From a virus (taxonomy: Duplodnaviria; Caudoviricetes): DNA of 64,000 bases. Below, one piece after another: positions 60,646 to 64,000 of the stretch. The notes under the pieces were generated by a model that worked only from the letters and a program-made list of their open reading frames with translations, was not told the origin of the DNA and searched no databases. A program made the position numbers and the translations under genes. Position 1 is the stretch's first letter. The number at the start of each line of letters is the position of its first letter. The DNA is taken from positions 9,954-73,953 of the IMG/VR virus record IMGVR_UViG_3300031867_000038; one strand, given 5' to 3'.

Positions 60646-60927
60646 TCAAATGTCAGTATTTTCTCTATATTCATATTCTTCTTCGGAGCAATAGTTCCAT
60701 CCACAATGAGTCATGGCATTATCATAATACAATTTTTCATCTTCTTCTGATTCCCACTGTGAATCCCAGCCGCGTTCCATATATTCATATGTTTCAGCAT
60801 TTTCATAAGCATATTCATTAGACATATCATTAATTTCATTTTCAGATACATCATCTTCAAATGCTACATACTCTTCATAGTCAGTGCCGCAGTACCCATT
60901 ATTACCAAAAAATATTACATACTTCAT
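60646..60927 (-). CDS. acidic hypothetical protein
   Basis: AAAGGAG RBS before ATG 60927. Confidence 0.6.
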   Translation of the reverse strand: MKYVIFFGNNGYCGTDYEEYVAFEDDVSENEINDMSNEYAYENAETYEYMERGWDSQWESEEDEKLYYDNAMTHCGWNYCSEEEYEYRENTDI

Positions 60928-60949
60928 TAAAGAGTTCTCCTTTAAAAAC

Positions 60950-61116
60950 AAGACAGCAAGTTCTGTTTTATTACCTAACGAATGGCGGTGGCTTACAAAC
61001 TAGAACCACAATAAACTCAGCGTTTTCACATAGGTTTTAAATCAAGCGTCTTATAATAAGACATCTATTTTCATTGTAATAAATAATTACATTGATTTTG
61101 CTGTAATACTGTCTTT
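60950..61116 (-). ncRNA. stem-CAGCAA RNA B
   Basis: AGACAGUA/UGCUGUCU stem, UUACAGCAA, internal hairpins; starts just after the tRNA-Ile CCA. Confidence 0.55.
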
Positions 61117-61117
61117 A

Positions 61118-61194
61118 TGGTACTCTAGGTTGGACTCGAACCAACGATCATCGGATTATAAGTCCGACGCTCAAACCAACTGAGCTGCTAGAGT
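61118..61194 (-). tRNA. tRNA-Ile(UAU)
   Basis: ACUCUAG/CUAGAGU, UCGGA-CUUAUAA-UCCGA, GGUUCGAGUCC, ACCA. Confidence 0.92.
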
Positions 61195-61201
61195 ATATAA
61201 A

Positions 61202-61952
61202 TGGCGGGCGTGCAATTGCTAGTCGGTCTCAACCCAGTACTAGTTCAATCACGCGCATCTTATCGGGGTTGCACAGATGTTATTGTACGTCTACTCGCGC
61301 TTCATAGCGTAGACGTTCGGGAGTTCTCTCTCCTCGTGTCCCTTTCCTAAGCATTATTTTCTTCACGGCTTTTTATACTTGCCTACCGCCATATAGAACT
61401 CTTCTCATTTCAACTTGAACCTGTGAGAACTTTTAGAGATTAGCCAGGGACAACTCCCCTACTGTTAAACAAACCACCTATTCTTTATGGACACTTAATA
61501 GAGTGTTATTGTTTCTATTAAACCACTTTCGCTTGTTTATACTGTACATTTTTATCCAGTTTACTCGATCAAGCCATATTTCCCCCTTGGGTGGATTTAT
61601 TTTTGGCTCATCCCATAAGTCTTTATCATGACTTCAACCTATGGCGACTGACGAAGGGACAGGCTACCACTGCCCGAGCTGGATTTTTACTTTGTAACTT
61701 GCTTATTCCGCCACAGCGCGGTCAAGCGAAACCGCTTTGCAAAGTTGGAGGTTTTACCATCGCTATCGCAGATTAAACCTACCTTAAACGATGCGAGCAT
61801 AGCGCTCATCTTTAGTTTACCTTTTGAAACTCTGAGGTATATGCCTTACCATCTGTAAAGTCACCCAGCTAGATTTTAACAAGTTACCCCTGAGATCTGC
61901 TTGTGTCGTCGAGAGCCTTTTGAGTAGCTAATTCATATCTCTCTCGATCTTA
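61202..61952 (-). ncRNA. ~750-nt large structured RNA, GOLLD-like candidate
   Basis: Own promoter (61960-61988), no credible same-strand ORF, many stems, adjacent to a tRNA, ends ...CCGCCA. Confidence 0.65.
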
Positions 61953-61991
61953 CATATATATTATAGCAAAAATTTTTCTTTTTTGCAAGTG

Positions 61992-62375
61992 TTAATTAGG
62001 AACTCTACCTTCTAGTCTTGGAAATCTACCTTCTAGTCTTGCTTGTTGATTTGGATTAGGATTTTCATTCCAAACCTTCCAACGCGTAGTAATACATTCA
62101 TTCACCCAACGAATTACTCGATAATCAAAAGAATAGTTATTAAATACTTCGGTTTCTACCTTACCAGTTTTATTATCTTTCAGTTGAAGAACAACCAAAA
62201 ATTCTGCGCCACTTTTATCTTCATAAGGATGAAAATATGCTGCCCGTTGAGTTAAAATGAAACGACCATGCCAAAGCCAATCAAATTTGATACTCTGATT
62301 GTAGTCCCGAACAATTTTATTTACATCTCTTTGATACTTTTTTCGGTATAAAACTGAACGTCTGTTTTTTAGCAT
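61992..62375 (-). CDS. hypothetical protein
   Basis: AGAGGAG RBS, 127 aa. Confidence 0.6.
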   Translation of the reverse strand: MLKNRRSVLYRKKYQRDVNKIVRDYNQSIKFDWLWHGRFILTQRAAYFHPYEDKSGAEFLVVLQLKDNKTGKVETEVFNNYSFDYRVIRWVNECITTRWKVWNENPNPNQQARLEGRFPRLEGRVPN

Positions 62376-62391
62376 ATTTCCTCCTATTAAT

Positions 62392-62721
62392 TTAACTCAA
62401 TTCTTTCAACAGCGCATCAACCTGCTGCGCAGCAGTATTATAAGCCAGGTATGCATCATGATAATACTGCTCAGCATGAGTCAGTTTATCTTCTACGGCG
62501 TTATATTCATCAAGAGCATCATTCATTTTCTGGCTGGCTCTTTCATATCTCTTCGCGGCGACCTTTTCATTACAACGCGCGGCCGCCAGAGCCTTACCTT
62601 TTTCTACATCAAACTTATCATGCTCAGAACAAATAGCGACCCCGCGCACAGTCTTTCCAGCGTAGGTAGACAAAGCAATAATCTTACGCCCAACAATTAC
62701 ATAACGATAATTTGTAAACAT
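62392..62721 (-). CDS. hypothetical protein
   Basis: AGGAGG RBS; promoter 62750-62778. Confidence 0.7.
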   Translation of the reverse strand: MFTNYRYVIVGRKIIALSTYAGKTVRGVAICSEHDKFDVEKGKALAAARCNEKVAAKRYERASQKMNDALDEYNAVEDKLTHAEQYYHDAYLAYNTAAQQVDALLKELS

Positions 62722-62767
62722 TATTTCATTCCTCCTTGATTATGTATATATTATATAATAATTTTTA

Positions 62768-63223
62768 TTAATTTGCAAGAGTCATAATTGTATCTAATTT
62801 CTTAGCCTCTTGATAATGAGTATTAATAAATTGAATTGCCCATTTATTTGCTGCTAATTCATCTTGAATACTCCAATATTTTAAATTAGCGGTTTTTTCA
62901 TCTGTTTCATACCGTTCAGCAATAATTTCTTTTATAGTTGCAAACCATGATAACTCTTCATCACTAAAAGAAGGGATTGTAATATGATGTCCCAACTCAT
63001 GCAAAAAAGCTAAGGTATGAATATTAAATTCAGCTACCTGCGCGCATCCATGAGTTTTTAAAAAATCTTTGAACCAGTTTTCTGTAGTCCTGACGGCATC
63101 ATTCCCAATATAGATTGTATTTCCAGGAAGGCTATAACTATACTCTTCATCTTGCGCAACATATACCTGGAATCCATTATTATTTAACCAGTTCATAATA
63201 TCACGGCTGTGTTTCAACATCAT
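62768..63223 (-). CDS. HExxH metallopeptidase-like protein
   Basis: FLHELGHH...E..AN.WA; promoter 63246-63274. Confidence 0.65.
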   Translation of the reverse strand: MMLKHSRDIMNWLNNNGFQVYVAQDEEYSYSLPGNTIYIGNDAVRTTENWFKDFLKTHGCAQVAEFNIHTLAFLHELGHHITIPSFSDEELSWFATIKEIIAERYETDEKTANLKYWSIQDELAANKWAIQFINTHYQEAKKLDTIMTLAN

Positions 63224-63280
63224 ATATTCCCCCTTTGATATTATTATTATATCAAAAATTTTATTAATTTGCAATTAATA

Positions 63281-63312
63281 AAAAAATGCCAGTGATAAAT
63301 ATATCACTGGCA
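63281..63312 (-). terminator. terminator closing the ~410-nt ncRNA
   Basis: TGCCAGTGATA-TATT-TATCACTGGCA plus T-run. Confidence 0.85.
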
Positions 63313-63691
63313 AACTCCTTGTACCTCTTATATAGATAGAGGGCTAGAAGCACCTCGGAAGAGATTTAGCGCACGTTTAACGTGTGTGCGTCCACGTCAA
63401 TCAAGAGAGGGGTAAAGATTGAATACGTCCCTGTCAGATTTGAACTGACTATAAAACCAAAAGGGACATATAGAGGGAAATTCTTCCCTCATTGGTAATC
63501 CAAAGGGTGTCTTACCCAGATTAATCATAAGGAACCGTAAATAAATATTTTATGAAGAGCTGCTTGCTTTTTATCTTCTTTTGGCGGATGATCAACTCCG
63601 CTCCCAGCTACACGGTTATACTATAATTAGTCGTCACTCCATTGACGTATTTATTTACAACATACTGCGCATTATGCGTTCCTTATTTTGT
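63281..63691 (-). ncRNA. ~410-nt promoter-to-terminator structured RNA including a mini-tRNA (63425-63468)
   Basis: Consensus promoter 63698-63726; long stems 63678-63686/63527-63535 and 63648-63658/63537-63547; no ORF. Confidence 0.6.
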
Positions 63692-63724
63692 AATATAATT
63701 ATATCAAAATATTTGTTAATTGTC

Positions 63725-63805
63725 AAGGCGGTGTTTTTGATATAATTCTTTTTATATAATAGCAATCATGTTACATTTAAAACTTTATTTTGCTGAATCC
63801 GCCTT
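63725..63805 (-). ncRNA. stem-CAGCAA RNA C
   Basis: AAGGCGG/CCGCCUU stem, AUUCAGCAA; starts just after the tRNA-Trp CCA. Confidence 0.55.
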
Positions 63806-63806
63806 T

Positions 63807-63879
63807 TGGCAGGAGAGCAAGGACTTGGACCTTGAGTCACGGTTTTGGAGACCGTTGGTTTACCATTAACCGACCCCCT
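63807..63879 (-). tRNA. tRNA-Trp(CCA), partly degenerate
   Basis: ACGGU-CUCCAAA-ACCGU, GCCA end; T-loop UCCAAGU; 5' acceptor strand 1 nt short. Confidence 0.8.
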
Positions 63880-64000
63880 ATAAATTGGGGCATATTTCAG
63901 CCCCTCTGCTTAGGCTTTGAGATTAAAACCAAAAGTTATCAAAGAAATTATCGAAAAGATTAAACCAAGAATCTTCTCCGCCTTTTATAGTATAATGATA

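Noticed and set aside
5538-62739. Antisense or nested ORFs in the track (e.g. 5538, 7288, 25579, 33841, 47937, 52892, 55422, 61591, 62458)
   Set aside because: Shadows of well-supported genes or ncRNA, with no RBS or motifs
63281-63691. tmRNA
   Set aside because: The tRNA-like strands are adjacent rather than flanking, there is no G3-U70 Ala identity or CCA, and no tag ORF

Overview
A 64-kb segment of a large, AT-rich tailed dsDNA phage. The host is most likely an anaerobic Firmicute (gut or rumen Clostridia-like), inferred from sigmaA-type TTGACA-N17-TATAAT promoters, GGAG RBSs, class III RNR and a Cpl-7/SH3b lysin. Positions 1-4.6 kb (+) hold tail-fibre accessory genes and an integrase remnant. 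Positions 4.6-40.3 kb (-) hold a near-complete replication and nucleotide module: RuvC, dUTPase, NrdDG, glutaredoxin, Gmk, DnaE, RecD-like helicase, RecJ, primase, DnaB, Sak4-like ATPase, NCS2 permease, deoxyribosyltransferase, LigA and GyrA/GyrB. Four group I introns with homing endonucleases interrupt recJ, the ATPase and gyrB (twice); splice sites were reconstructed by hand and restore the reading frames. Positions 40.6-51.5 kb (-) hold lysis genes, PIN-PhoH and an RNA end-healing/ligation cluster. Positions 51.6-56.8 kb (+) are a second tail-fibre locus. Positions 57.5-64 kb (-) hold a TROVE-like DUF2828 protein and an RNA-gene island. The island contains canonical and non-canonical tRNAs, a tRNA scaffold carrying a GAGACA-repeat loop, three stem-CAGCAA RNAs, a ~750-nt GOLLD-like RNA and a ~410-nt RNA with an anticodon-less mini-tRNA. 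Across the window the all-GC octamer GCGGCCGC is extremely over-represented. All protein family calls are from motif recognition, not database searches.
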